Part shown: in pieces, positions 27,658 to 38,377 of the stretch
Numbering within the stretch: the first letter of the stretch is position 1
How the letters are laid out: every line of letters starts with the position of its first letter
Assembly (NCBI GenBank): GCA_021807085.1
Contig: JAKAPM010000001.1
Span: 13,226 to 77,225 of the forward strand
Length of the DNA: 64,000 nt
From: Nanobdellota archaeon
Lineage (GTDB): Archaea > Nanobdellota > Nanobdellia > Parvarchaeales > Parvarchaeaceae
Direction of reading: 5' to 3'
Made by a program: the position numbers and the translations under genes
Notes under the pieces: generated by a model
Database searches by the model: none
Told to the model about the DNA's origin: nothing
The model's input: only the letters and a program-made list of their open reading frames with translations

Positions 27658-28685
27658 AACAGAATTCTTCCCCACCGTTCTCGCTCGACAAGCTTGTGAT
27701 GCTCATGCCGGAAGTTCTAAGGTACCCGCTCGAAGAGGGGATAGTGTACGCGCAGATACCGACGGACAATCTTGACAGGACGATATCGCGCATGATAGTT
27801 GGGTTCCTGGCGGCGAGCCTGATGTCTGGTGTAATTGTATTTTTGTTCACAAAAAACACCCTCTACGCACTGGGTGCGTTAGCGGCGGCATTCTTCGCAG
27901 TTTATTTCGTGGCGAGGTCGCTTCTAAACATGTTGGCCGATTCCGTTGCGGGCAAGATAGAAAAAGCCCTGCCGGATATGCTGCTGCTGATGTCAGCCAA
28001 CCTTAGAGCGGGAATGATACCAGAGAATTCCTTTCTGGCGTCCATGAAACCGGAGTTCGGGAAGCTGAACACCCTTCTCAACCACGCGGCGATAGAGACG
28101 CAGGGAAACAAGGACTTCGGCGAGGCGCTGATAGAGATGTCGAACCGGACGAATTCTGTATTCTTCAAGGACACGATAAGGATAATCGCGGAAGGCTTGA
28201 GATCGGGAGCTGAGCTCCATGTCATACTCGAGAACCTTGCGACGAACCTCCTGCAGAACGAGAGCATAAGGAACGACATGAAAGCGCAGGTCAGGAGCTA
28301 TTCGCTGTTCATATTCATCGCTTCCACGATAGCCGCGCCGCTGCTGTACGGTGTGTCGTCATTCCTGATAGGCATACTCGACAGCATAGGCGGCCTGTCG
28401 GGACCCGCTACCAACGTCCCGACCGGCGCAGTCGGTATATTCTCGTCGTTTTCGCTGCCACACGTATCCGTAACGCTTGTGCTCACAGTAGCCGTCATAA
28501 ACGTCGTCATAACAACTGCCTCGAGCGCTTTCCTGAACGGGATACTGACCACTGGAAAAGCGAAGAACGGCCTGAAGCAACTGCCCGCTTTCGTCGGCAT
28601 AGGCCTGGCGATATTCTTCGTAGTAAGGATAGGCGTATCGATACTATTCGCCGGCCAGCTCGGCGGAGGTTCCGGCACGTTCTGA
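27654..28685 (+). CDS. FlaJ/TadC-like membrane platform protein, second T2SS-F-like repeat
   Basis: ATGA overlap with upstream gene; same domain layout; 343 aa. Confidence 0.6.
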   Translation: MKQNSSPPFSLDKLVMLMPEVLRYPLEEGIVYAQIPTDNLDRTISRMIVGFLAASLMSGVIVFLFTKNTLYALGALAAAFFAVYFVARSLLNMLADSVAGKIEKALPDMLLLMSANLRAGMIPENSFLASMKPEFGKLNTLLNHAAIETQGNKDFGEALIEMSNRTNSVFFKDTIRIIAEGLRSGAELHVILENLATNLLQNESIRNDMKAQVRSYSLFIFIASTIAAPLLYGVSSFLIGILDSIGGLSGPATNVPTGAVGIFSSFSLPHVSVTLVLTVAVINVVITTASSAFLNGILTTGKAKNGLKQLPAFVGIGLAIFFVVRIGVSILFAGQLGGGSGTF

Positions 28686-28731
28686 GACGGAAGCAATATT
28701 TAATACGACGGGATGTAACTATCTGATTTGA

Positions 28732-28804
28732 GGGCTCATGGTCTAGCGGTTATGACGTCTCCCTCACACGGAGAAGGTCGGGAGTTCGAACCTCCCTGGG
28801 CCCA
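28732..28804 (+). tRNA. tRNA-Val (anticodon CAC)
   Basis: anticodon stem UCUCC/GGAGA loop CUCACAC, T-arm GGGAG-UUCGAAC-CUCCC. Confidence 0.8.
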
Positions 28805-28893
28805 TATATTCCAGATTCCTCGCGCATTTTTGAATTCGGCCTCCGCGCTTCCGATTATAGGGAGCCCGTCCTATCATACGCTGCTCGTCGGCA

Positions 28894-29241
28894 TCATTTG
28901 AGGAAGAATATTTTCTTGTGTGCGAGTAATTTCAGCAGCAACAGCGCTATCACCACTATCAATATGGCGACAGCCACCGAATACATTACCGTGTTGATGC
29001 CGCACTGCTCGTAGAATGACCCGCCGACTATGGAACTGTTCCCCACCGATGAGAGGGCGGTAGCGGTCAGCGTGCAGCTGTTGTAATTTACGAATATAAG
29101 GGAGTATAGGAGCGCGGCGACCGCTGCTACTATTGCGGCAATCAGGATTCTTGTCCTGTCTTTCTTCTTCTTTTGCGTAGCGAGACTCACATCGATACCC
29201 TGCTCCTTCAGCTGCTCGACGTATCTGTCCGCGAGTCCCAT
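28894..29241 (-). CDS. Small hypothetical protein with two TM helices
   Basis: 115 aa ORF with KKKKDRTR followed by hydrophobic helix. Confidence 0.3.
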   Translation of the reverse strand: MGLADRYVEQLKEQGIDVSLATQKKKKDRTRILIAAIVAAVAALLYSLIFVNYNSCTLTATALSSVGNSSIVGGSFYEQCGINTVMYSVAVAILIVVIALLLLKLLAHKKIFFLK

Positions 29242-29313
29242 CTAAATTATACACAGTACACCATAAAAACGTAACGCACAATGATTGAAGAGGACGTGCG
29301 CAAATGCACTGAA

Positions 29314-29327
29314 ATATTTATATACTT
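29314..29327 (+). promoter_or_regulatory. TATA box (ATTTATATAC) for the atp operon, about 26 bp upstream of atpK ATG
   Basis: centre about 29320, ATG 29346, consistent with leaderless transcript. Confidence 0.35.
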
Positions 29328-29345
29328 GTAAATTTTAGAAAAAGA

Positions 29346-29615
29346 ATGGTATTAGAGAACATTACAACAGCAGCTACTACAACGGGTAGCGCGGCTCTCT
29401 CTACTGCTTTATATGCCGTAGCCGCGGCTATAGCGATAGCTGGCGGTCTTATAGGTACAGGTCTTGCCCAGCAAGGTATAGGTGCGGCGGGTATGGGGAT
29501 AATAGCCGAAAAGCCCGAAAAATTCGGACAGGTTCTTTTCTTCTTCGTGATTCCCGAGACACTTTGGATAATAGGATTTGTGCTGGGACTCATACTGTTA
29601 CTGCAGATACTTTAA
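29346..29615 (+). CDS. atpK: A-type ATP synthase subunit K (proteolipid)
   Basis: 89 aa, two TM hairpin, conserved acidic residue in second helix (PET). Confidence 0.85.
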   Translation: MVLENITTAATTTGSAALSTALYAVAAAIAIAGGLIGTGLAQQGIGAAGMGIIAEKPEKFGQVLFFFVIPETLWIIGFVLGLILLLQIL

Positions 29616-29626
29616 ACTTCTGAATT

Positions 29627-30196
29627 ATGGGGTTAGAGGAGATAGAGGAGCACATTAGGAGCGAAGAGAAGGCAAAAGTGGTCAAGATATCCACCGATGC
29701 AAAGAGAAGGTACTACGAAATACTCACAGAATCCGCGAAAAAAACCGAGGACATGCGGCTGGCGGGCTCGAAGAGGATAAAGGATGACACTGCGAGAGTG
29801 ATAGACGCGGAGGTCAACGCCGCCAGGGTCGACGCGGAGAGGGACTTCAACCTTGCATACTCGCAAAAGCTGGAATCTAACCTGCAGAAGGCATATTCTG
29901 TCCTTCCAGACTACGTGAAGACGGCCGGATATACAGACCTCCTGTACAACCTTGTGGACAGGATAACCAAGAGCCTCGGCGAAGACGCTGAAATACACGT
30001 GAATGAGAGGGATTTGAAAACAGTAAAGGACAAGTTTCCCGATCTCAAGATAATCGGTGAGAAAAAGGGATTCATAGGCGGTGCGATGGCGAACTCGCCG
30101 GATGGCATGACTGGGATAGACCTAACTCTGGAAGAGATTATAAGACGCAAGAGAGAGGAGATAATAGCGCGGCTTGCGGAATATATAAACGGGTGA
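29627..30196 (+). CDS. atpE: A-type ATP synthase subunit E
   Basis: position and size (189 aa), N-terminal coiled coil. Confidence 0.7.
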   Translation: MGLEEIEEHIRSEEKAKVVKISTDAKRRYYEILTESAKKTEDMRLAGSKRIKDDTARVIDAEVNAARVDAERDFNLAYSQKLESNLQKAYSVLPDYVKTAGYTDLLYNLVDRITKSLGEDAEIHVNERDLKTVKDKFPDLKIIGEKKGFIGGAMANSPDGMTGIDLTLEEIIRRKREEIIARLAEYING

Positions 30197-30197
30197 T

Positions 30198-31253
30198 ATG
30201 GACTCTGTTTATACCGGCGCTTACGGCAGGCTCAAGGCCCTTTCTGTCGACTTCCTGAACAAAGGGACTTTCGACGAGCTGGACAGCAGGGGAAAATCGG
30301 AATTCATACCGATACTCGGGAACACGCAGTACAGGGAGGATATAGACGCATTCTACAACATGTATAGCCTGCCGGAAGCCGTTGAGGTGGTCGTGAACTC
30401 GCATATGATGAAGAACATAAGGAACGCGGTCAGGCTTGTCCCGACCGGCGCAAAGCGCATACTCGAAGCTTACATGGGCAAATGGGATATAGAGAACCTC
30501 CGCCTGATACTCTACTCAAAGATAAGGAACTTCAACGTAAGCGGTACGGAATCCTTCCTTGTTATAGACAGGAACATGCCGGTGGGCACCTACAGCGGCT
30601 TCATAAGCAGGGAGGAATATATGGGCCTGATAGAGAAAAACAGTGTAGAGGAGGTGGTCGAGGCGGCTTCCAAGTACTGGTACGGAACGAAGTTGATGGA
30701 AGCGATAAACTCCATGAGCAGTGTAGCAGACGTTGACAAGGCGCTGCTGAGAGTGGAGATAGCGTATTACGAGAACCTACTGGACAAATTCAGATTTTAC
30801 AACGGCGATGAGGGGCCCCTCTACGAATTCTTCAGGAAACTGATAGACATAAGGAATATAATGGCAGCAGTACGGTTTAAACAAAACCAAGTTGAAGGTT
30901 CTGTGGAGATTGCAAACGGCGGATACCTGGACCAGGCGGCTATAGATTCCATAGCCACCTCGTCTGCTGACGAGTGGAAAGGCAGGATACCGTACAACGT
31001 CGACGAAGCCGTAAAACTATACAAGGAGAAGAGGCTGCTCGCCTTCCTCGGCACAAGCATACTGAGCGGGCTGTACAGCGAATACCTACCAGTTTTTAGG
31101 AGGAGCGCTATGTCCCTCGAATATATATTTTATTTCATAATAAGGTCGGAGATAGAAAGAAACGAGCTGATGGCGATATGGTTCAAGGAATATCATAACG
31201 TACCTGGCGACAAGGCAGGACTTATAAGGATGTCGAGATACATAGAACTATGA
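30198..31253 (+). CDS. atpC: A-type ATP synthase subunit C
   Basis: 351 aa, operon position. Confidence 0.7.
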   Translation: MDSVYTGAYGRLKALSVDFLNKGTFDELDSRGKSEFIPILGNTQYREDIDAFYNMYSLPEAVEVVVNSHMMKNIRNAVRLVPTGAKRILEAYMGKWDIENLRLILYSKIRNFNVSGTESFLVIDRNMPVGTYSGFISREEYMGLIEKNSVEEVVEAASKYWYGTKLMEAINSMSSVADVDKALLRVEIAYYENLLDKFRFYNGDEGPLYEFFRKLIDIRNIMAAVRFKQNQVEGSVEIANGGYLDQAAIDSIATSSADEWKGRIPYNVDEAVKLYKEKRLLAFLGTSILSGLYSEYLPVFRRSAMSLEYIFYFIIRSEIERNELMAIWFKEYHNVPGDKAGLIRMSRYIEL

Positions 31254-31573
31254 AATCCAAAGATGTTGCGGTAATAGGGAACAGGGAGACTGTGTTGGGG
31301 TTCAAGCTGCTTGGTATAGATAACGTGTTTATAACAGGCGAAAAGGAGGCAGCGGACAAGCTGAAAGAGCTCCTGAGCCAGAAGAAACACGACCTTGTTA
31401 TAGTGTCGGAGGACGTCAGGGACGCCCTGGACAACAAGACTGTTTACGACGCCGAGAGCTCGCTGAAGCCGATAGTGCTTTTCATGCCGAGTATGAATGA
31501 GGAGAGGGAGGAGGAGTCCTTAGAGAAATTTTCAAAGAGGGTATTGGGAGTTGACATATGGAAGAAGGAATGA
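31250..31573 (+). CDS. atpF: A-type ATP synthase subunit F
   Basis: 107 aa, operon position. Confidence 0.7.
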   Translation: MKSKDVAVIGNRETVLGFKLLGIDNVFITGEKEAADKLKELLSQKKHDLVIVSEDVRDALDNKTVYDAESSLKPIVLFMPSMNEEREEESLEKFSKRVLGVDIWKKE

Positions 31574-33309
31574 TTACGAGGATATCCGGAGCCGTCGTGG
31601 AGGCGGTGAATGTGAAGGACCCGAAGATGAACGATATCATAAGGGTTGGCAACGACAAGCTGATAGGGGAGATAGTAAGGCTGCACGACGACAAGTCTAT
31701 AATACAGGTATATGAGGACACGACCAACCTTAGAGTAGGGGAAGGCGCGGAGAATACCCACGCGCCGTTGTCGGTGAAGCTTGCACCCGGGCTGTTAGGG
31801 TCGATTTTCGACGGTGTCCAGAGGCCTCTAGAGAAGATAATGGAAGAAAGCGGAGATTTCATAAGAAGAGGAGTTGACGTCGAGCCGCTAGACACAGCGA
31901 AAAAATGGAAGTTTGTCTCGACCGTCAAGGCTGGCGACAAGGTTAAGGGCGGCGACATTATAGGAGAAGTCGACGAGACGCCCCTTGTAAAGCACAGGAT
32001 ACTGGTACCAATCGGTGTAGAAGGCGACATAGAGTCAATAGAAGAAGGGGAGTTTACGATAAACGAAACTATAGCTGTCGTAAAAGGTGGTAGGGGAAAG
32101 ACGGAAATCAGGATGCTGCAGGAGTGGCCCGTCAGGAAATCCAGGCCTGTCGTGGAGAAATTTCCCCCTAACATCCCACTGATAACGGGACAGAGAATAC
32201 TCGACACCCTCTTCCCAGTTGCGAAGGGAGGCACGGCGGCGATACCGGGTCCCTTCGGTTCGGGCAAGACTGTAACGCAAAACGCCCTGGCCAAGTGGTC
32301 GGATGCGGACATAATAGTATACGTCGGCTGCGGGGAAAGGGGCAACGAGATGACCGAAATGCTCAGTTCGCTGCCCAAACTTAAGGACCCGAAGAGCGGA
32401 AAACCGCTCATGAACAGGACCATACTTATAGCCAACACGTCGAACATGCCCGTTGCCGCGAGGGAGGCCAGCATATACACCGGTGCGACCCTGGCAGAGT
32501 ACTACAGAGACATGGGCTACAATGTCGCGTTGATGGCAGACAGCACCTCTAGGTGGGCAGAGGCCCTCAGGGAACTGTCCGGGCGCCTCGAAGAAATGCC
32601 CGGAGAAGAGGGTTACCCGGCTTACCTAAGCGCAAAGATAGCAGAATTCTACGAGAGGGCGGGAAGGGTGAAAACGCTCAATGGCGGCACGGGTTCGCTT
32701 ACACTTATAGGCGCAGTATCCCCGCCCGGCGGCGACATATCCGAACCGGTCTCCCAGGCCACGCTCAGGGTCACGCGTGTTTTCTGGGCGCTGGACGCGG
32801 CACTGGCAAACGCCAGGCATTTCCCATCCATAAACTGGCTGAACAGCTACTCGCTGTACGAGAGCGACCTGGACAGCTGGTACAAAGCCAACGTAAGCAA
32901 GGACTGGACAGAAGTCAAGAAGGAGCTCACAGACATTCTTGCGAGGGAAGCAGAGGTAAACGAGGTGGTGCAGCTGGTAGGGTACGACGCACTGGCGGAG
33001 AGCGACAAGCTCACCCTCGACATAGCCAAGGTCATGAGGGAGGATTTCCTGCAGCAGAACGCCTTCGACGACATAGACGCCTTTACATCGATAAACAAAC
33101 AGTACCACATAATAAACTCCATAAGACTGTTGCTGGAGGCCGAGAAGAAAGCTGTGGACAGCGGCGTGCCGGTATCGAAGTTGCAGGGTACAAGGGCAAA
33201 GGAGCTGGTAGCAAAGATGAAATTCGTAACAGAGGACAAACTGGATGCTTATCTAAAGGATTTCACCGCGGCCCTCAAGAATATAGGGGGCAAACCAAAG
33301 GAGGAATAA
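31558..33309 (+). CDS. atpA: A-type ATP synthase catalytic subunit A (no intein)
   Basis: P-loop GPFGSGKT, 583 aa. Confidence 0.95.
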   Translation: MEEGMITRISGAVVEAVNVKDPKMNDIIRVGNDKLIGEIVRLHDDKSIIQVYEDTTNLRVGEGAENTHAPLSVKLAPGLLGSIFDGVQRPLEKIMEESGDFIRRGVDVEPLDTAKKWKFVSTVKAGDKVKGGDIIGEVDETPLVKHRILVPIGVEGDIESIEEGEFTINETIAVVKGGRGKTEIRMLQEWPVRKSRPVVEKFPPNIPLITGQRILDTLFPVAKGGTAAIPGPFGSGKTVTQNALAKWSDADIIVYVGCGERGNEMTEMLSSLPKLKDPKSGKPLMNRTILIANTSNMPVAAREASIYTGATLAEYYRDMGYNVALMADSTSRWAEALRELSGRLEEMPGEEGYPAYLSAKIAEFYERAGRVKTLNGGTGSLTLIGAVSPPGGDISEPVSQATLRVTRVFWALDAALANARHFPSINWLNSYSLYESDLDSWYKANVSKDWTEVKKELTDILAREAEVNEVVQLVGYDALAESDKLTLDIAKVMREDFLQQNAFDDIDAFTSINKQYHIINSIRLLLEAEKKAVDSGVPVSKLQGTRAKELVAKMKFVTEDKLDAYLKDFTAALKNIGGKPKEE

Positions 33310-33310
33310 T

Positions 33311-34690
33311 ATGAGCGACGTATATTACAAGAGCATAAAGAAAATTACCAACATATTGCTGTTCCTTGAGAACGTAAAGAATCCTGCCTACAACGAACTA
33401 GTCGAGATAGAGCTAGATGACGGAAGAGTAGTGTCCGGGCAGATTCTGGATGCGGGGGAGAGGTTTACTGTAATCCAGGCATTCGGAGAAACGACAGGTA
33501 TGCACATCGGGACTACCAAAGTCAGGCTTACGGGAGAGACTGCGAAGTTTACGGTTGGTGAGGACATACTCGGCAGGATATTCAACGGATTAGGTGAACC
33601 GATAGACGGCGGGCCTATGATATTCCAGGGGGAGAAAAAAGACATAAACGGAGCGCCGATAAACCCGTATGCGAGGGAAGAGCCGTCGGAATTCATACAG
33701 ACGGGGGTATCATCGATAGACGCGATGAACACGCTGGTAAGAGGGCAGAAACTGCCCATATTTTCCGCCTCTGGCATGAAACACAACGAACTGGCGGTAC
33801 AGATAGTAAGACAAGCTAAGATTCTTGGAGAGAGCGAGAAGTTCGCCGTTGTCTTCGGCGGGATAGGAATAACCAGCGAAGCTGCAAACTTCTTCAAGGA
33901 CGAGTTCGAAAAATCCGGTTCTCTGGCGAGGACTGTGGCGTTTCTCAACCTGTCGTCCAGCCCATCGATGGAGAGGATAATACTGCCGAGGATCGCGCTT
34001 ACGGCCGCCGAATACCTCGCGCACGACAAAGGCATGCAGGTGCTGGTGGTGCTTACGGACATGACGAACTACTGCGAAGGCCTCAAGGAGATATCCGCCG
34101 CTAGGGAAGAAGTACCTGGAAGAAGAGGCTATCCAGGATACATGTACACCGACCTGGCTAGCATATTCGAGAGGGCTGGGAAGATAAAGAACAAAGGGGG
34201 GTCCATAACACAGCTTCCGATACTGACTATGCCTGGAGATGATATAACCCACCCAATACCGGACCTGACTGGTTACATAACGGAGGGGCAGATAGTCCTC
34301 AGCCGCGAACTGGAAAAGAAGGGGATAGCCCCGAACATAGATGTCCTCACGTCGCTGTCTAGGCTCATGAACCAAGGTATAGGAACGGGCAAAACTAGAG
34401 AGGACCACAGGGACGTCGCGAACCAGCTGTTCGCCGCATACGCAAGGGGAAAGGACCTGAGGAGCCTTGCTGAAGTAGTGGGGGAAGGCGCCCTTTCAGA
34501 GAGCGATAAGAAATTCGTGGGATTCTACGACGAGTTCGAGAAGCGTTTCGTTAACCAAGGATACGGCGAGAATAGACCTATAGCCGAGACACTCGACTTA
34601 GGATGGGAGCTGCTAAGCATGCTCGACAAGAGCGAGATGAAGAGGCTCAAAGAGGCTGAAATAAGCAAATATGGCAAGTGGAAACAGTAA
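33311..34690 (+). CDS. atpB: A-type ATP synthase subunit B
   Basis: 459 aa, conserved B-subunit core. Confidence 0.95.
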   Translation: MSDVYYKSIKKITNILLFLENVKNPAYNELVEIELDDGRVVSGQILDAGERFTVIQAFGETTGMHIGTTKVRLTGETAKFTVGEDILGRIFNGLGEPIDGGPMIFQGEKKDINGAPINPYAREEPSEFIQTGVSSIDAMNTLVRGQKLPIFSASGMKHNELAVQIVRQAKILGESEKFAVVFGGIGITSEAANFFKDEFEKSGSLARTVAFLNLSSSPSMERIILPRIALTAAEYLAHDKGMQVLVVLTDMTNYCEGLKEISAAREEVPGRRGYPGYMYTDLASIFERAGKIKNKGGSITQLPILTMPGDDITHPIPDLTGYITEGQIVLSRELEKKGIAPNIDVLTSLSRLMNQGIGTGKTREDHRDVANQLFAAYARGKDLRSLAEVVGEGALSESDKKFVGFYDEFEKRFVNQGYGENRPIAETLDLGWELLSMLDKSEMKRLKEAEISKYGKWKQ

Positions 34691-35306
34691 AAGCGCTAAT
34701 ATCAAGACAACCAGGCTAGAGCTCATAAAGACGAAGGCCAGGATAAAGCTAGCAAAAAAAGGTGTGGAACTGCTCAAGATGAAGAGGAAGAAGCTGGTCT
34801 TCACCTTCTTCGACATAGTGAGGCAGATAAAACTGTCAAAGACAGAAGTCAAAACTACGCTCGAGAGGGCGATAGAAAGTACCAAGATAGCGGAGATGAT
34901 AGAGGGCAGGCTCAGGCTTGAGATGATAGCCGAAGAGCAGAGCAGAATGGATCTGGAACTGAGTGCTAGCAATGTCATGGGTATAATGATATCTCAGGTA
35001 AACTGGGAAGAGGAGAAGAAGGGGAAGGTGATAGACAGCGTCCTCAGCCTCCCGCTGGCCATAGGCGACGTCAGGCTTACGTATCTGGAGTTGTTCAGGA
35101 TAATCATAGACATTTCGCAGAAGGAGATGACTCTCAGGAAGCTCCTAAAGGAAATCCAGAAACTCAACATGAGGGTCAACGCTATAGATTACAACATACT
35201 TCCCACCCTGAACGATAAGGCAAGGTTCATAAAGCAGAAACTCGACGATTTCGAAAGGGACAGGACCGTTTCGCTAAAGTACATAAAGGCGAGGATAGGT
35301 ACGTAG
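34671..35306 (+). CDS. atpD: A-type ATP synthase subunit D
   Basis: 211 aa coiled-coil central stalk, TAG stop. Confidence 0.8.
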   Translation: MASGNSKSANIKTTRLELIKTKARIKLAKKGVELLKMKRKKLVFTFFDIVRQIKLSKTEVKTTLERAIESTKIAEMIEGRLRLEMIAEEQSRMDLELSASNVMGIMISQVNWEEEKKGKVIDSVLSLPLAIGDVRLTYLELFRIIIDISQKEMTLRKLLKEIQKLNMRVNAIDYNILPTLNDKARFIKQKLDDFERDRTVSLKYIKARIGT

Positions 35307-35347
35307 AATGGAAAAGCAGTTTACAGTAAATACTACAGGAACGTAAA

Positions 35348-35662
35348 ATGGAATCTGAGATAAAGACATTGAAAAATATAAAGCAGGTGGAAACAGAGGC
35401 AAACAAGAACGTAGAAGACGCCATGGCTAAGGCCGATAAGCTTGTGGAAGAAGCTACAGCTAAGGCAGAGAGGGACGTACTGGACGCCACCAACGAGACT
35501 AAGCAAAAATATTCAGATGCGCTGAAACTTGCGGAGGAGGAAGCCGCAAAAGAGAAGAAAGAAGTGCACGATGAGATGGACAAGAAGATAAACAAACTAA
35601 AGGAAGTCGACAAAGACCGCCTCCTAAGAATACTCGAGGAGACGCTGAAAGAGATGGTCTGA
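35348..35662 (+). CDS. atpH: A-type ATP synthase subunit H-like (peripheral stalk)
   Basis: 104 aa Ala/Glu/Lys-rich helical protein in operon context. Confidence 0.5.
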   Translation: MESEIKTLKNIKQVETEANKNVEDAMAKADKLVEEATAKAERDVLDATNETKQKYSDALKLAEEEAAKEKKEVHDEMDKKINKLKEVDKDRLLRILEETLKEMV

Positions 35663-35663
35663 A

Positions 35664-37601
35664 ATGCTTAGGCCGGCGAGGATAGCAAAAGTCAGGATGT
35701 TCGTCACAAAGAAGGACTACGACATACTGATGGATATCCTCAACGATACTGCAGCCCTGCATATAGAACCGCTCGGACAGTTCGACAAGGAGATGCTCGA
35801 CGGCGTAGAGAACGGAGAGAATTTTAAGGAGCTTACGGAGCTGCTGCAGCACTTCAGGGCGCTTGAATCGCACCTGAATCCCAGAAAACCGTCAAAGAGG
35901 GTCTCTTTCAGGAACACGAAAGAGCTTATATCCGCCGCCAAAAAGATCGAGATATGGGATAAGGTGGCCGGGTTGGCTGGCAACCTGGCCTCCGACAATA
36001 CCTACAAGAGAGAAGCCAGCGATAAGGTGTCGATACTGTCAAGACTGGAGGGGCTTGGTGAGGACCTCTCAATACTTTCCAACGACAAGGTGTCCTCCTT
36101 CATACTGACGAAGACCGATTCAGGCAAAAAGGGAAAGAGCGACGCCTTCGGCAGGCTCAAAGCCGCCGGAAAATACCTGGTATTTGAAGTGAACGGGAAC
36201 CCCATAGCCAGCGTGAAGAAGGACCAAAGGGAGGAGTTTGCTGCGTTCTGCAAGAGTGAGGGGATAGGCATAGAATTCATACCCCAGATGAAAGGCAGCG
36301 TGCCGGAGCTCCGCTCGGAAGCGGAGAGCGAGCTAAGGAGAGTAGAAGAGAACATAGCAACGCTAAACGGTGAACTGAATGCGCTGTCCAGCAATTATTA
36401 CAACTCGGTGAGCGCCATAAGGGAGGAACTTGAGATAGAGACAGAGAAGCTTGAAGCTGCCGCAAAGTTCGGTTCCACCGACTCGGTGATAATGGTAGAA
36501 GGTTGGATAGAGGAGAAGAACATAGACAGGATAAAGAGGCTCTTCTCGAAGGCCACCCATGACAAGTTCATAGTAGAGACTATAGACACGAAAGAAGTCG
36601 CCCCTACCAAGCTTGCGAACCCGAAAAAGTTCAGGCTGTTCGAATCGTTCGTAAGGTTCTATTCTCTGCCGAAGAGCAACGAATTGGATCCCACACTGTT
36701 CTTCGCATTTGTGTTCCCGGTCTTTTTCGGATTTATGGTGGGAGATGTTGGGTACGGGCTGTTCATGTTCCTCATGTTCTTCTGGATTGCGCACAGGATA
36801 AACCACCCCCCGAAGAAGAGCCACATACCGAGGGGCCTGGCAAGGTTTGTACACACGATAGTGAGCAACAGAGGCCTCCTAATCCTTTCAAAGGCAGTGA
36901 TGATTGGATCGATAGTGGCGATGGGTTTCGGGTTTATATTCAACAATTTTTTCGGGTTCAGGCTGCCTTATGCCCCTCTGTTCAACGTAGAGACCCAGCT
37001 CTCCACGCTGCTTCTTATCTCAGGATGGATAGGTGTAGTCATGGTGGAGTTCGGCTACGCGATAGGGGTAGTGAACAGGCTCTACGTGAATGACAGGAAG
37101 GGCGCGGTGGGAAGGGTAGGATGGTTCCTGGCCGCTATAGGTATAGTGCTGGTCGGGCTCAACGTCCTCCACAAGGCCAGCATGACCGACATAAACGCGA
37201 TATCCGGCTATCTCCTCATACCTATAGGGATTGCCCTGGTTCTGAAAAGCGAGGGCACGGAGGCGCTGATGGAGATACCATCGGTAGTAAGCCACATACT
37301 GTCATACATGAGGCTTGTTGGTATACTGCTGGCGTCGGTTATTCTGGCGGAAGTTATAGACAAGATATTTCTTGCCAACGTTGGCGCCTCTTTTCTGATG
37401 GCACTCGTGGGAGGCGTGATACTGATATTTGGACAGCTTTTCAACATCGTAATCGCGATATTCGAAGGGGGGATACAGGGGGCAAGGCTCATATACGTGG
37501 AGTTCTTCTCCAAATTCTTCTCGGGTAACGGAAGGCAGTTCAGGCCGTTCGGAATAAGCAGGAAGAGAACGAACTACAAGTTCACGATAGAAGAGCACTG
37601 A
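35664..37601 (+). CDS. atpI: A-type ATP synthase subunit I (a-subunit)
   Basis: 645 aa, soluble N-domain plus C-terminal polytopic membrane domain. Confidence 0.85.
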   Translation: MLRPARIAKVRMFVTKKDYDILMDILNDTAALHIEPLGQFDKEMLDGVENGENFKELTELLQHFRALESHLNPRKPSKRVSFRNTKELISAAKKIEIWDKVAGLAGNLASDNTYKREASDKVSILSRLEGLGEDLSILSNDKVSSFILTKTDSGKKGKSDAFGRLKAAGKYLVFEVNGNPIASVKKDQREEFAAFCKSEGIGIEFIPQMKGSVPELRSEAESELRRVEENIATLNGELNALSSNYYNSVSAIREELEIETEKLEAAAKFGSTDSVIMVEGWIEEKNIDRIKRLFSKATHDKFIVETIDTKEVAPTKLANPKKFRLFESFVRFYSLPKSNELDPTLFFAFVFPVFFGFMVGDVGYGLFMFLMFFWIAHRINHPPKKSHIPRGLARFVHTIVSNRGLLILSKAVMIGSIVAMGFGFIFNNFFGFRLPYAPLFNVETQLSTLLLISGWIGVVMVEFGYAIGVVNRLYVNDRKGAVGRVGWFLAAIGIVLVGLNVLHKASMTDINAISGYLLIPIGIALVLKSEGTEALMEIPSVVSHILSYMRLVGILLASVILAEVIDKIFLANVGASFLMALVGGVILIFGQLFNIVIAIFEGGIQGARLIYVEFFSKFFSGNGRQFRPFGISRKRTNYKFTIEEH

Positions 37602-37602
37602 A

Positions 37603-38373
37603 TCAGGACACTATTCTGGCATCGTAGAAGTTGGCGAAAACGTTGCCGAGAATATGCGCTGGCAGGAACATTTCCCTGCCGTAGAAAGTCTTCATGAGCC
37701 GGTACGGAACGTAGAAGCTACTGGTGTTTTCGTATATGAACATCGTGCCGTTCTTGAAGCCGGCAGTAGTGGGGTTGACGTACGACGGAACGTAGAGGCT
37801 GCCAGTGCCGTTGTAAAGTATGGTGGAATTTATGTAGGTTATGCTGGAAGCGCCTGGAAAGGTTGCAACCAGTGCGTTTCCAAGCACGGCGTTGCTGAGG
37901 TTAGAAGGGTACACGCTGCACAATGCCATCGCATCGGTTGAGTTCCTGTACAATACGCAGTTCCTGAGCGATGACGACAGATTGCCGGTGGTGTAATTTG
38001 TCGGAAACGCGGTTACCGAAAGGGGCGGCTGCAGCCCTGACAAGGCACCCATATCTATCAATATATACTCGTTTTGCGGAAGCACCCCGCTGCCGAAAAG
38101 CACAGAATTATAGAGGGTCTGATTGCTTACCACTACATTGTTGTTTATGGCCAGCGCTTCAGCTGCACTATAGTACTGGGAGGGCACTAACAGGGTTTTG
38201 TTGGCGGTGGCGGCGTTGAAGTATTCAAGCGCGTACTGCACCGCCAGTGGCAGGTAAGTCTGGCCGGACTGTCCGCTGGTGCCGACAAAGTGCAGTATCA
38301 CAAAAACGACCGCCAGTGCAACGAGCAGAATCACACCAACGAAAAGGTAGGAGAATCTTATCCTTATTTTCAT
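37603..38373 (-). CDS. N-terminally anchored sequon-rich extracellular protein
   Basis: MKIRIRFSYLFVGVILLVALAVVFVIL anchor, many NxS/T. Confidence 0.5.
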   Translation of the reverse strand: MKIRIRFSYLFVGVILLVALAVVFVILHFVGTSGQSGQTYLPLAVQYALEYFNAATANKTLLVPSQYYSAAEALAINNNVVVSNQTLYNSVLFGSGVLPQNEYILIDMGALSGLQPPLSVTAFPTNYTTGNLSSSLRNCVLYRNSTDAMALCSVYPSNLSNAVLGNALVATFPGASSITYINSTILYNGTGSLYVPSYVNPTTAGFKNGTMFIYENTSSFYVPYRLMKTFYGREMFLPAHILGNVFANFYDARIVS

Positions 38374-38377
38374 AGAC

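Noticed and set aside
25227-28685. Calling the FlaI/FlaJ module an archaellum
   Set aside because: No archaellin, FlaH, FlaF/G or FlaCDE genes nearby; annotated instead as a generic type IV filament ATPase/platform.
31482-33314. Long antisense/alternate-frame ORFs within atpA (e.g. 31482..32480 minus, 32553..33314 plus, Arg/Gly-rich)
   Set aside because: Products of GC-rich off-frames of a highly conserved gene; no independent support.
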